Made by a program: the position numbers and the translations under genes. 64,000 bases of DNA from NCBI GenBank assembly GCA_964016885.1, contig OZ024741.1, positions 328,848,001 through 328,912,000 of the forward strand, in the 5' to 3' direction. This stretch comes from Eledone cirrhosa (lineage: Eukaryota). Below, one piece after another: positions 1 through 13,470 of this stretch (position 1 is its first letter; the number at the start of each line of letters is the position of its first letter). The notes below the pieces were generated by a model that searched no databases, had not been told where the DNA came from, and saw only the letters and a list, made by a program, of their open reading frames with translations.

Positions 1-1548
1 CTTATCGTTGGCAGTCGTTTCGGGAAATGGTTAGAGAGTCAAAGAAAATACCTGGAGTTGAGATAATTGTTTTGAATTCGAATACCAGTGTGCTCAAGTT
101 TATTTTCCATCATTCAGTTCATTCTTTTCACATTGCATTTCTCTCGGTCCTCCAGGGTCATAGGGCCTCTGTAGCTACGAACATCTCATCAATATATGCT
201 GCAAGCCTGGATACGAGTTGTCATGTACAGGACCTTTTCCAGGTGTTATCCTCCCTTTATTTTCTTCTTGTATCTTTGACTTCTCTTTCTCTTAACTGTT
301 GTGTTGAAGCTAGTTTAAACAATTTAATCTCATCAGCTGACTGTACCATTATATTTATTTCAGTAGTTTGGAGGTATTCGTAGTTTCCCACGTGTCTGAT
401 GGCCATACGAATACTTTTGCTGTTCATGTGTTCCATGTAGAAGATACCCATAATTTTTATAAAGCATATATTTTCAAATTTCAAATACCAGTACATTCTT
501 CTGTAATCCCGCAGCGATCGTTCACAATTCACAGGCATACATAAAATTGTAGAGTACTACAGTAGGCACAAGTTTCAGTTTAGCTTTACATGTTTCATAA
601 ACTACAACAACATTCAAGAGCGATCGATTAGCGGAATAGTTAGAGCATTTGACAAACCTCTTTACTACAGTAGCAGTCTCAGATGTTTAGGTCCTTAGTT
701 AACCTGCAATGCCACTTTCCATATACAACCTCACCACACACAAACACCACGAACAATTGATTACACAGGTCTGCAGATAATGGGTGTTAGAAATTTGAAA
801 AATAATTTGAAAAGAATATTGATGGAGCCTGCACTAATAACAGAATGGATGATAAAATCAACACAGATGCAACATAAGAGAATTGTCATACGACACCTTC
901 CAGGAGTTTAAAACCTGGCATGAAGAATTTTCCATTATTACTATGACGTTTTGTGACTTAGTACAAATCACGTGGCTACGACAACGCTATTGGGATGGTA
1001 TGGTATGGTATCGAGGGAGTTGTAGGGGTGACATATTGACATAAACATTTTAAAGGGAATTTTTTAACCTGACGGAGCTCATCCCTTCCGTAGGCCTGAG
1101 TATAGCAGATTTATCCCAGTACTGGACTGGCACTTTTTTATCGACCTCGAATGGATGAGAGGCAAACTTCACCTCGGTGGAACTCAGAAAAAAGAGAGCC
1201 AGAACGAATACTGCAAATCACTGAATACGAAGATCTAATGACACGACGCCTATTACTATTCTCCTTGTCTGATGATGGATTAAAGTGGAAATTGTAAGTT
1301 GGAAAGCCGAAGGACAGACGGATGTAGGAACGTTATTGTTAAAAAAAAGAGCTAATAAATAAATATGAAATGTCCTTATTAATAAAAGTTGAAATTCAAA
1401 TGCAGTCATATCTTTAACATATTAAACACACACATACACTCATTTCAATATACATTCAGACGCATACACACACATACATATTTGTAACAATGCTAGCACA
1501 CTATATAAGGATAAATGAAAGAATATACATATATATATATATATATAT

Positions 1549-2148
1549 AGTGAAAGAATATCATAGTCGGCTGTACAACAAGGGTCTTTATTTCAGGTAT
1601 TAACAATTGTTTCATTGATCAGGTGAGTCTAGAGGCCTCTAATCGCTCGACGTTGCGTCACTCGATCTCCATTACATTATTTACCTCTGACCAATTCCTT
1701 AGAATACGAATAATTCATACATGGCATGATATATATAGAGAAATAGCGTATAATAAAAACAATAACAGCAATAATAAAATATATGAAAAAATAGGTAAAG
1801 AAGTTACAGATGTAAAAAGTAAAAAATAAGAAAAAAGATACAGTAAAAAGGTAAGAAAATGGAAAAATAATAAAAATATAAAGAAATAAGGATAAGTGAG
1901 AGCATATAAGTACAGAATATAATAACCACTATCATATTCTGTACCACCTGAAATAAAGCCCCTTGTTGTACAGCCGACCATGTTATTCTTCATTCTTTCA
2001 CTATTATTACTCCAAGTATAACCTGCATAGGAATTACCGCGAACTCGCTGCATAACTATGGAAGCATCGTGTTGAGTCAAACAAAGCCGTACGTTAAAAC
2101 TATCCACAACCTCTAACTGGATTACCTATAACGATAACTTGTTATCCC
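1549..2148. mobile_element. PLE-like terminal fragment with inverted ~50 bp ends, between (TA)n tracts
   Basis: 1549-1598 is the reverse complement of ~1946-2003 (ACCTGAAATAAAG.CCCTTGTTGTACAGCCGAC). The minus strand has GAAACAATTGTT followed by AATAAA, like other PLE ends in the window. Confidence 0.5.
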
Positions 2149-2181
<33 letters not shown>

Positions 2182-2243
2182 TATTTGCGTAAATATATAT
2201 ATTATAAATACATTTATTCATGTATATATATATGTATACACAC

Positions 2244-2274
<31 letters not shown>

Positions 2275-2313
2275 ATATATAAGAACAAAAGATGGTTAAA
2301 GGAGTTCCATGTA

Positions 2314-2380
2314 TTTTATTATGCGCATTTCAAAAACAAATATCATCATGCAATAATATTTGTGTTTTCATCAGATAAAA
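2314..2380 (-). ncRNA. Type I hammerhead ribozyme motif
   Basis: Reverse complement of 3859-3925. Confidence 0.75.
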
Positions 2381-3858
2381 CAGGAGGACATGATATGAAG
2401 GCTAAAAAACACTTGTGAATAGTTCAGTTTTAAATCAACATATGAGAAGTAGTTTTAGATTGATGTGTGATATTGGGAAAAACATTTTATTTAGAGGGGG
2501 GGAGAGGATGAAAAAAAGAGGAGGAGATGAGAGTGAAGGTGGAGAGGGAGGAGTATAATGAGGAAGTATGACAGGAGGAGAGATGGGTGATAGATAGAGA
2601 GAGATAGTTTTTATAACTGAGAAAGATATATTGTTTTACATAGACAGGTTGAAAACCGTTGGAAGATAATGTATAAATTAAAAGAATTTGAAAATTAACG
2701 AAGAGAAAAAGAGAAAAATGTGTGCGAAGAAAGAGAAGGAGTTAATATGTATTGAGAATAATGACAACCATTATCAAGACAATGGTTGTTGAGAGGCCAT
2801 TTATTTTTAAGAGGGCAATTGCAATTGCAATTAGAGAGATTATTAATGAGTGACCTAGTGTTATCTATAGAAGGAATTGGATTGGAGAAGTTGCACATAT
2901 ATATACACTTCTTTTAAAAATATACCCATCTTTCTACCTTATTTCAAAGGTTATTATACATTCTATAATACTTGTTTACTCATTACTCTTACTCTATATC
3001 ACCTTGTAAAATCCTTCGTAAACATATACATTTTTTTGACGCTAGATTATTCATCCTCAATTCATTATCTTTTCTCCCTATCATCTAACTCATTATTCTC
3101 AATACATATTAACATTTTCTTTTTCTTCGCACATATTATCAAATCCTTCAATATACAAACCTTAACTTTACATTATTTTTCTCAAATCCTTCAATTTTTC
3201 TCTTCGTTAATTTTCAATTCCTATAATACTTGTTGACTCTTTCTACATCACCCATATTTATCACTTCCTTTTATTCTCTTCTAATATCTAACCCCTAATC
3301 TGTACCTTTTCTCACTCTTGCCTAACATAAAACCAATTATTACATAATACAACACATTCTTACTCTATATCACCTTATAAAAATCCTTCGTAAACATACA
3401 CTTTTTTTTTTTTTTGACGTTAGAATATTCATCCGCAATTCATTATTCTTTCTCCCTAACATCTAACTCATTATTCTCAATACATATTAACTCCTTCTCT
3501 TTCTTCGCACACATTTTTCTCTTTTTCTCTTCGTTAATTTTCAAATTCTTTTAATTTATACATTATCTTCCAACGCTTTTCAACCTCTCTATGTAAAACA
3601 ATATATCTTTCTCAGTTATAAAAACTATCTCTCTCTCTCTATCACCCATCTCTCCTCCTGTCATACTTCCTCATTATACTCCTCCCTCTCCACCCTCACT
3701 CTCATCTCCTCTTTTTTTCATCCTTTCCACACACACACCCCCCTCTAAATAAAATATGTTTCCCAATATCACACATCAATCTAAAACTACTTCTCATATG
3801 TTGATTTAAAACTGAACTATCCACAAGTGTTTTTTAGCCTTCATATCATGTCCTCCTG

Positions 3859-3925
3859 TTTTATCTGATGAAAACACAAATATTATTGCATGATGATATT
3901 TGTTTTTGAAATGCGCATAATAAAA
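3859..3925 (+). ncRNA. Type I hammerhead ribozyme motif
   Basis: TTTTAT-CTGATGA-stem II (ACAAATAT..ATATTTGT)-GAAA-TGCGC-ATA-ATAAAA. Stem I TTTTAT/ATAAAA, palindromic stem III ATGCGCAT, AUA cleavage triplet. Confidence 0.8.
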
Positions 3926-4060
3926 TACATGGAACTCCTTTAACCATCTTTTGTTCTTATATATTATGTATACTCCACTCCCACCATCTGCAGAGTGCTT
4001 CTTATCCGATATCTGCATTGCTTTATTGTACTACAATAAAACTCACCTCCTACATATGTA

Positions 4061-4142
<82 letters not shown>

Positions 4143-4179
4143 GTGTGTTTCTGTGTTTCTGTGTGTGTGTGTTAATGTT

Positions 4180-4234
<55 letters not shown>

Positions 4235-4522
4235 ATGTATGTGTATGGTGTACACTGTGGTGAGCACGTGCTTACGGGGGCGATGTTTTAAAGCAGATAG
4301 GTTTGTGTAAATATGAGAAGCCGCAATGGACGAATGTGTTGTATATTAACAAATATCTGATAATTGTAGATATTATTCGAGGCAAATATTTGTATAATCA
4401 TGTTTAATGGTTTTGCTGGGTATCTCATGCTTCCACACGTAACGAATGATATAACCCTTGCATGGCACAACACACAATTTCAAAAACAAATAGATAATTA
4501 AATAAATACCAAAAAAAAAAGA

Positions 4523-4565
<43 letters not shown>

Positions 4566-4800
4566 GTGATAATAATAATAGTAATAATAAAAACAACAAT
4601 AATAATAATAATGGTAATAATAATAATGATGATGGTGATGATGATGATGATGATGTTTTTACAAGAGAGATAACATGACAAACATGTCTTGCATCGATGA
4701 CGTCGCTTTTGAATATCGAATCACGTTGATGTAATATCACTATGTAGAGAATTGAGTGAATATACATACACACACACACACACACATATATATATGTTTT

Positions 4801-4879
<79 letters not shown>

Positions 4880-4945
4880 GTTATTCCGGGTTGAATCGGA
4901 GGTAACCACAGTAAGTAAGGTACTCAATACATAGCAGAGTATAAC

Positions 4946-5078
4946 AGTTTTAATATAGATGAGATTCTACAGGACTAGAACTGTTTCATTCATTAGAAAT
5001 CATCAGGAATCAGATTCCTGATGATTTCTAATGAATGAAACAGTTCTAGTCCTGTAGAATCTCATCTATATTAAAACT
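4946..5078. repeat. Perfect 133 bp palindrome (66 bp arms, 1 nt centre at 5012) made of two back-to-back HHRs
   Basis: Direct base-by-base comparison of the arms. Confidence 0.9.
5013..5061 (+). ncRNA. Type I hammerhead ribozyme motif (mirror copy on minus strand 4963-5011)
   Basis: GATTC-CTGATGA-TTTCTAATGAAT-GAAA-CAG.TTCTAGTC.CTG-TA-GAATC. Stem I GATTC/GAATC, GUA triplet. A decayed copy of the same family lies at ~40750-40868 (minus). Confidence 0.75.
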
Positions 5079-5092
5079 ATATATATATATAT

Positions 5093-5108
5093 ATTTACCT
5101 TACCGTTT

Positions 5109-5140
<32 letters not shown>

Positions 5141-5148
5141 TACCGTTT

Positions 5149-5179
<31 letters not shown>

Positions 5180-5184
5180 TTACC

Positions 5185-5190
<6 letters not shown>
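5093..5190 (+). repeat. Compound minisatellite: TTTACC(T/C)TACCGTT + (TA)n, three units
   Basis: Three copies at ~5093, ~5134 and ~5174. Confidence 0.8.
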
Positions 5191-5227
<37 letters not shown>

Positions 5228-5266
5228 CGAAACATAAGTCAATTGCATGAACTCATAATCCTTTAT

Positions 5267-5326
5267 TTACTGCTATATATATTTCGATGATAGCCATTGA
5301 ATGGCTATGACATCATCAGGCGGTTA
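5267..5326 (-). ncRNA. Hammerhead motif with weakened stem I
   Basis: Minus strand: CCGC-CTGATGA-TGTC ATAGCCAT TCA ATGGCTAT CATC-GAAA-TATAT-ATA-GCAG, followed by AATAAA. Confidence 0.6.
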
Positions 5327-5769
5327 GTCAGTTCTTAGATATGCCAGCTCTGTGTGTATAGTGTTGATGGTATCAGAGCCTTGGTACATATATATATATA
5401 TGTTTACATAGATATACACTCATGAAATACACACCGATTATTGGCAATCCCCTAAAATCCAGAAAGACACAAACACCATGTTACACACACCATTGCGAAA
5501 AGATATACACCAGCTGCCCACAGACAAACACACAAATAATAACAATATCACGCACACTCAGAAAATGTACATTATCTGCCCACTATTTACTTGCTCACCT
5601 GATAAATCCTTTTTTTCTTCAAACATTCAACCTTCCCTTTCTCCTACCTTTACTCATTCCTGATGAACGACAAAGTCCGATGGGTTGAAACATTCCTTTT
5701 CCTTTTCCAACTGGCTTGAAACTAACAAGACTGTGCAATTGTAAAACTGTGATTTTTTTATTCCTGAAT

Positions 5770-6415
5770 TGTATAGAGTCGGCTTGAATTTGCAGACGAC
5801 ATGGTGTTACTTAACTCGACTGAAGGTGATCTGCGACTTTCACTCGATAGGTTTGATGCCGAGTGCTGCATGGCTGAAATGAAAGTCTGTGCTGCGAAAC
5901 CTGAGACGCTCAACCCTCTCAAGGAAGCCTGCGCAGTGCATTCTACATGCATTGTAGAACTGGAGTTCCATTGAAACAGGTACAGAAGTTTATGTATCTT
6001 GGGGTCGTGTTCTCGAGTGAAGGAATGCAGGAGACTTAATTATGTGCAAGAATTGCAGGAGCTGGTGCAATAATGCGCCAGCTTCAGCATTAAGTAAACA
6101 GAAATAGGAGGTAGGCTTAAAAGCGGAACTCGCTATCTTCAATTGGGTATTCCTGCCACCCCTTACCTGTTGTCATAAATCTTGGGTAATGACCGAAAGA
6201 ATACGATCGCGAATACAAGCGGCTGAAATGGAGTTCCTCCGAAGTGTCTTTTGACTAACGTTACTCGACAGAGTGCGTAACTCGGAGATGAGAGAGTCAC
6301 TCCAGGTAGAGCCGCTACTTCTCCAAATTGAGAGATCACAGCACCGGTAATATGGGCATGTGTTTAGCCAACTAGCAGGACGCCCAGGGGTAGATCACAA
6401 GAAGAAGAAGAAGAA
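5770..6415 (+). mobile_element. RTE-clade LINE (Expander/Rex3-like) RT 3' fragment, pseudogenised
   Basis: Manual translation: LEFADDMVLLNSTEGDLRLSLDRFDAEC...FMYLGVVFSSEG...WVMTERIRSRIQAAEMEFLR...EPLLLQIERSQ..YGHV, with stops and frameshifts. Confidence 0.85.
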
Positions 6416-6461
6416 AAAGAATATATATTGATATAGGGATTGTAACACAATTACCACAACA

Positions 6462-6556
6462 GGAGTCCGACGAGCTTTGATTCCAGAGTGGGGCTAGATC
6501 GATACAGATTGAACCTCGAGCTGTTCAATAGCGAAACACGCGTCAGTACTCAATAA
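6462..6556 (+). ncRNA. Degenerate PLE-type hammerhead
   Basis: GAGT-CCGACGA-GCT...AGC-GAAACACGCGTC-AGTACTC-AATAAA. The core CUGA is altered to CCGA. Confidence 0.4.
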
Positions 6557-6852
6557 ACGTAATGAAGACATAACATATCATCCTTTTTATTTAATATATA
6601 TACATATATATTGGAGGAACTGTACGAGCAAACCTGACTTGATTTAGTCGGTCTATCCCACCAAAAATGGGGAATTTGACTTAAGTTTAATATGATTAAT
6701 TAATTCTAGGAGTAGATTATTTATTAATATATCTTATTCTTTCATTGAGATGTCGAAATATTAGAGACAGAGAACTTTATAAATATATATATATATTTAT
6801 ATATATAGAATATATATTAATATATATATATATGTATATATATATATATGTA

Positions 6853-6897
<45 letters not shown>

Positions 6898-6899
<2 letters not shown>

Positions 6900-6977
6900 C
6901 AATTGTTTCACCTTAGCGGATCCTCAGCTCGTAATTTTACGAGCTGAGGATCCGCTAAGGTGAAACAATTGTTCTCG
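6898..6977 (+). ncRNA. Hammerhead motif (6940-6977) inside a 76 bp palindrome (6898-6973)
   Basis: CGAG-CTGAGGA-TCCGCTAAGGT-GAAA-CAATT-GTT-CTCG with palindromic stem III ACAATTGT. The same motif occurs at 40532-40569. Confidence 0.75.
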
Positions 6978-7224
6978 GTATGGTGAACTAACTGTTGTGT
7001 AACCACTTCTACCTAACTCGTCCCATGGACAAGGTGCTCTACCACTACGGATATTACCTTCCAGTGTTCTACCACTATATATATATATATGGTGTATATA
7101 TATGTACATATATACATATATATATATGTATATATCTATATATATATATATATACATATAGTACACATATATATAAGTGTGTATGTATATATATATATAT
7201 ATAGTACACATATATATTAGTGTG

Positions 7225-7293
<69 letters not shown>

Positions 7294-8053
7294 GTATATA
7301 TATATATACATATGTATGCACCATATATATATATGTAGATATGTATGTATGTAAGTATGTGTGTGAGTGTGTGTATAGGTGTGTCTAAAGCTTGCCTCAT
7401 GCTACTAAGAGTTGTTACTGTCATATAGCATCATCAATGGAAAAAAAACAACGGAGACATTGTATTTTCTTGATCCGATCTGACACTCGACTCCATTCCC
7501 ATTTTATTTCCTACCCATTCACTATGTCTAGTCGACGAATATACAAAATATTAGTTTTTCATCTGAATTTTAATTACATTCAATTCCATGGAGGTTCCCA
7601 ATAACTTCAACAAAGCAGAAATAAACATCCCCAAAAAATTCGAACATAGCCGCTATATTTGCATTTCTGAATTAGTTTTGCATAACCCTTTTCGTTTTGT
7701 TCTTAGGAGACAACAATGATCATTTTCCTTGAAAATATTTTCGGAACATTAAAATATTTATAAATAGAGGTATTTTAAAATATCTATATTTTATAACTCG
7801 ATGTGTTGCTTTTTGTGTTTTTGTTGTTGAATTTTTCTTTTTTTTTTCTTTTGGTTTTGTTTTTTTGTGGGGAGGGTAGATTTTAAATGATAGAACATTG
7901 TTAAGTACGAATGTTATATATGTAATAGATTTGTGATGCGTACTCAACAATATAGTAAAGACATCTAACAAATAACAAGTGAGATATTTTATTAAGAAGC
8001 CAACATCTAAGTAGAAAAATAATAGACCATATATCAATATTAACAAATATGTG

Positions 8054-8194
<141 letters not shown>

Positions 8195-8208
8195 ATATAT
8201 ATATATAT

Positions 8209-8291
<83 letters not shown>

Positions 8292-8340
8292 GGAATACTG
8301 TTGGCTTCTTGCTACAATAATCTGTATACTTTTCATTTAT

Positions 8341-8448
<108 letters not shown>

Positions 8449-8726
8449 TTGTATAGAACCCAGCCCCAAGTGTTCATATACATTAATGACATATGAATTT
8501 AATATTTTTAGAAAATATTGAACTCTTCTTAATGGCATGAAAATGAAACATGAAGAAACTCAACTTTAGAATTTAATACTGACGCAAACGAAACAGCCCG
8601 AGGAATCTAGTCTTTCATTTAAGGCGGTGCATTGGTAGATTTGTCATGTCATTGGATAAAAAATCGCCTCGCTAATTGTTCTGACTCAATACTTTCTGCG
8701 TTCAAATCCTGCTCTGGTTATCTTTA

Positions 8727-9316
8727 TATTGAGTCGTCAAGTATGAAATTTGCAGAAAAAAAAACAAAGTTTGTTAATGTTTTCTAAATGCAAAGAATAA
8801 TTTTATTCATCAAAGTATGCACCCATATTGTCAATATACTTTTGCCATTTCAACGGTAGCTTGTTGAGTCCGGTGGTGTAAAAGCCTGGTAATCGAGAGT
8901 AAATGAAATCTTGGAAGACCTGTTTTACAGCATTTTCAGAATTAAATTGTTCTCCTATGAAAAAGTTATCCAAATTCCGGAAGAAATGGTAGGCAGTGGG
9001 GGCAAGATCTGGTGATTATGGTGGATGATGGAGTATTTCCAACTCCTGTAGTTTTGCCACTGTAGTTTTGCCACTGCATTTCCCCGTAAGAACTCATATT
9101 TCATAATTGTATGAATTTCCGACTTCCCCATCTCTAAACAAGAATAATAAATAGATGTTTAATATTTTTAAAGCGCAAAATGATTTAGAAAGAGAAAATA
9201 TGTATGGCAGCTTTCTAACAAAAGTAAAAGAATGTCAAAATATAATACCAACGTGGAATAAGCTGTCAAAGTTGACCATATGCCTTTCTACAAATTTCAT
9301 ACTTGACCACCCAATA
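8727..9316 (-). mobile_element. Internally deleted mariner DNA transposon inserted in a SINE
   Basis: ~30 bp TIRs (TATTGAGTCGTCAAGTATGAAATTTG / CAAATTTCATACTTGACCACCCAATA) with TA ends. Minus-strand N-terminal SEIHTIMKYEF is joined to LHHPP*SPDLAPTAYHFFRNLDNF...KWQKYIDNMGAYFDE. Confidence 0.85.
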
Positions 9317-9619
9317 GTTCGTTCTTTCGAAATCGATATAAATATTCCAGTCCAGTACTGGAGGTGTGTTTTTATTTTGTGGGTTTTTTTTTCGGAAATA
9401 TCAGCTACATCTTGATCTGGAGAGTGATTAACCCCGCCAAGTTTAAAATTGCCATAACACGCTGGGTATGATGATGGCGCCCTTGCAAATCCGTCAGCCA
9501 TTAATTCAAGCTAGAACTCTGAGAGGTGATGAGTTTTGTACACTCAGGAACACTGAAAAAAGAAAATAATTGTAAGTGGGAGAGAAAAAAATGTAGAAAG
9601 ATGAAATGCTGAATTCTAT

Positions 9620-9895
9620 GTCGATCTCAGCAAGGTTCGAATTTACAATGTTTGAGCATTCCACATGATTCCCAAGTGAGAGGCAGTCTAATCAGGTCCT
9701 GTATTGGTACTCCTCCCTGGAAGGAGGTGAAGAGGGTTCCCATGATGAACTGGCTGCAGACTATCAACAGAACCTGAAACACGTCAACAAAAGTTGGAAC
9801 AATTGATAGATGCAACTGACCGTGATCATCTGAGTACTTTGCCTAACTCATGCGTCTCAAGACGCGGGAGTTCTGAGTTTAAATCTAAGTAAGCA
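9620..9895 (+). mobile_element. Highly decayed RTE-like LINE 3' end
   Basis: PPWKEVKR..NWLQTI-like remnant and a CTAAGTAAG tail. Confidence 0.35.
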
Positions 9896-10382
9896 TTCCA
9901 CTGACACGTGTTCTCTTAACATGTGCATTGTTAAGTTTGCTCCTTTTGATTTACCGATACTGTTTATCCAGTGGGCTTCCTAAGAGTTTCCGTCTACCCA
10001 ATTTCACTCACAAGTCCTGAGTCAGTCCGAGGCTACGGTAAATGGAACTTGGCTGAGATGCAACACCATGGATTGCAATACGCTGGATTGAACTAGCGGT
10101 CTTATTAAGAATTGCGAAACACACTTCTTAACCATTAGGCCTTGCTGTATCCACATTAATTATTATATCAATTAAATTAATATATATATATATATATATC
10201 GAGGTTATGTTGTGTTTATATTAGCTTACTGCCATAAGAATAAAGGATGTCTGCGGGGCTATTCCTCTCAGAACATTAATGAATTTATATAATTATTATT
10301 AAGAATGTTTGGCAAACATAAATTTGAGATAAATCGCTACCTGAGGGGTTGCGTTGATATTGTTTTCCTTGTTGTTATTATT

Positions 10383-10598
10383 AAGCGCAGTGGATTGGCA
10401 GTATTGGTAGAGGGTCGGACGCGATGCTTTGCAGCATAGAGTTACGGCCCTTTATGATTTGAGTTCAAATCGCACCGAGATTAAAATCACGTCTTTCATC
10501 CTTACGAAATCGATAAAATAAAGTACCAGTCACGCACTGGGTCGATTTAATCGACTCTCCCAAAAAATTGCTGACCTTGTGCCTATATAAGAAACCGC
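10383..10598 (+). mobile_element. tRNA-derived SINE (dominant family of the window)
   Basis: GTGGATTGGCAGTATTGGTAGAG A-box-like head, GAGTTCAAATC B-box, TTTCATCCTTAC..TCGATAAAATAAAGTACCAGT core (Nin/Deu-like, tentative), CCTTGTGCC..AGAAA tail. Confidence 0.8.
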
Positions 10599-11159
10599 TA
10601 TTACTATTGTTATGGTTATTACTGTTGTTGCTGTTATTGTTGTTACTGTTGCTGTTTCTGCTGTTGTTGTTGCTGTTATTATTGTTATTGTTGTTGTTGT
10701 TGTTGTTGTTACTGTTATTTTATCTGAAAGGTGTTATTATTGTTGTTGTTTTTCTTCTTCTTGAGGTTATTGTTACTGTTGTGTAGCAGGTGCTATAGTC
10801 ACAGAGTCATTAGAACGCCAGCTAAAATACATTGCATTATTTGATCAGACATTCTGAGTTCAAATCCAAGCGGGATCAACTTTGCTTTTCATCAATTCAA
10901 TATCAATAAATAAAATACCAGTTCAACACTGGGGTGGGTTATTCCTTTACTTCTCTCTCTCTCTCCTTCTTTGTATCCATTTTTCATTTCAATATTAATC
11001 ATTTCAGGTTTCTGAAAACAAACATTATTTTCCGAACTCCCATGGATACAGATGTTCGTAGAAATGTATAAGTATGTATAATTAGATATATGTATATATG
11101 GATATATTGTGACGGTCATGACATCATAATGTTTGCTTTTATACACTGTGATTCTCCAC

Positions 11160-11333
11160 TGCTGGATTGGCAATATCAGTAAAGCGTTGGAATACATGTT
11201 TTGCAGCATAGAGTTAGGGCCCTTAACGGTCTGAGTATAAGTTCCGCCGAGGTTAGTTTTATATTTCAACCTTACGAAATCTATAAAATAAAGCACCAGT
11301 AATTGCTGGCCTTGTGCCTATAGTAGAAATCGT
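11160..11333 (+). mobile_element. tRNA-derived SINE, same family
   Basis: Same head, core and tail motifs. Confidence 0.75.
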
Positions 11334-12007
11334 TATATATATATATATATAAGTTTGTGTGTGTGTGTGTGTAAAAGGTAAACAGAAATAACAACACAAT
11401 CGGTACAGTATATGGAAGGAATATATTAGGTTAACGCTTGAAATAGCAGGAAGAGGGTCTTAACGTTTCGGACGCTAGTCTTTGATCAGAAGAAAGAATT
11501 AGAAATAAGAAAGACAGATTGAAGGGACGGGCGGGGTGTATTTCCCAATGGTTACTGAAGTACATAAGCTACTTATATACAGATTTGAACTTGATCAAAT
11601 ATATATATCACACACAATTTTTAACTAATTTTCTAAAATTTACAAAATAAATATTCCAGAGATATGGCGATATTAAATTTAACATTTTCAAATCTTAAAT
11701 CGGCGCAACATAAAAGAAATTTTCCATTGAAAATGGCTAGCAACAATTATATTATATAGTCATTTTCTTTCAAGGAAAACTAATTCTGCTTGTAATCGAA
11801 CGATCATAAAGTATTTCATGGAGACAGACGACGCCCCAAATTTTTTTAATGAGCAATAAAAGTTCAATAAAGTCCACAGCTAATTAATTCTCAGAAGAAA
11901 TATTCACAAAATAATTGTATTGAATGGATGATATATGGCATTTTGTTGCGTTTTGTTGTTGGGTAGGGATGTGTAATAAAAATCGTGAAAACTAGATATA
12001 CAGAGAA

Positions 12008-12182
<175 letters not shown>

Positions 12183-12712
12183 ATGTAATTTATATCTTTC
12201 GAATTCATATTGTTTTCGAAAAAAATATTAATTTACGTTTTACTATAATTTAAACTGTGATACATCTAAAGCAAATGCGTTTTTTTTCTGCATCGTTTCC
12301 TTCTTTGCTACCGGCGCCTTTGTGTTTCATTGTTTAGTAATGTTTGGATTTAATAAATTGTATTCTAAAGAAGCTTTATGAATTTGTCATTTGTCTGTCC
12401 CCTATCAGGAAATCAATACGTTATATATAAAGAGCATTTATTTTTAAAATATCGATTTTATTATCGAGAAAATTATATATAAATACTGTAAATCATGCGT
12501 ATAGAATTATTACTTCTATATTTTTTAACATAAAATTACTTTGATTTTTTTTAATTCTAGGATGAACAATTTATAATGGCAGGTTAACGTTGCTTTCGGT
12601 TATTAAAACACTACGTATAAACTTCGAATATCCCTGTCATATTGAGGTGATATTGACGTCGAGATGTAATGAAACTTGTTTATATAACGATAATGTAGCT
12701 ATAATCATAATA

Positions 12713-13470
12713 GCTTCTAAGTTAAGCACAAGGCCATCAATTTTGAAGGAGGGGAAAAGTCGATTAAATCGATCCCAGTGCGTCATTGGTACTTTATCTT
12801 ATCGATCACGTAAGGATGAAAGACAAAACTAACCTCGGTGGGATTTGAATTCAGAACGTATAGGGACGTAACTGCATGCCACAAACCTATCGATACTTCC
12901 AATCCATCGTCCTTATTGCAGTTATCATGAGAATGAAGATTTCTGATTTAAGCACAAAGCCGGCAAATTTTCAGAAAGTGTAATGTCGATTATATTATCG
13001 AATCAGTAGGGAGGGGGATGAAAGGCAACGTGGATATTGGCGAGATTTGAACTCAGAATGTAAAGAAAACCGGAACAAATACCGCAAAGCATTTTATCTG
13101 ATGCTCTTTGCTATTATAATTGTTTCTACTTTTGGCACAAGGCCAGCAATTAACCAGTGTATTACTGGTACTTTATTTTATCGACCCCGTAAGGATGAAA
13201 GGCAAAGTTAACCTCGGCGGGATTTGAACTCAGATCATAAAGGGACGTAACTCTATGCTTCAAAGCATGGTGTCCGACTCTCTACCGATACTGTCAATCC
13301 ACCGCCTATTATAATAATGGTTATTATGTTAAACATAGGGTCAGCAATTTGGTGGGGAGAAGTAATAGCCGATTAGAATCAATCCAGAACCTAACTTGTA
13401 CTTGATTTCTTCGACTCCGGAAGGATGAAAGGCAAAGTAGGCCTCAGTGAGATTTGAATTCAATATACCA
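12713..13470 (-). mobile_element. Head-to-tail cluster of 3-4 SINE copies
   Basis: Repeated GCACAAGGCC..GGTACTTTAT..GGATGAAAG..GATTTGAACTCAG blocks; youngest copy 13115-13308. Confidence 0.8.

Larger units (their letters stand above)
2272..4055. mobile_element. Penelope-like 3' region with inverted duplication (arms 2272-2764 / 3468-3967)
   Basis: ~495 bp inverted arms, each carrying an HHR. The spacer holds a minus-strand PLE Cys-linker remnant (CNCNCPLKNKWPLNNHCL, ~2765-2850) and a diverged tandem duplication (~2962-3220 / 3221-3545). Confidence 0.75.

Noticed and set aside
150-540. Possible decayed LINE remnant on the minus strand
   Set aside because: Only vague motif resemblance; clade cannot be assigned.
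5093-5190. Repeat-spacer pattern resembling CRISPR
   Set aside because: The spacers are pure (TA)n, the repeat is 14 bp, the context is eukaryotic and there are no cas genes.
10383-10480. tRNA genes at SINE heads
   Set aside because: A/B-box-like motifs run into SINE core and tail, with no cloverleaf.
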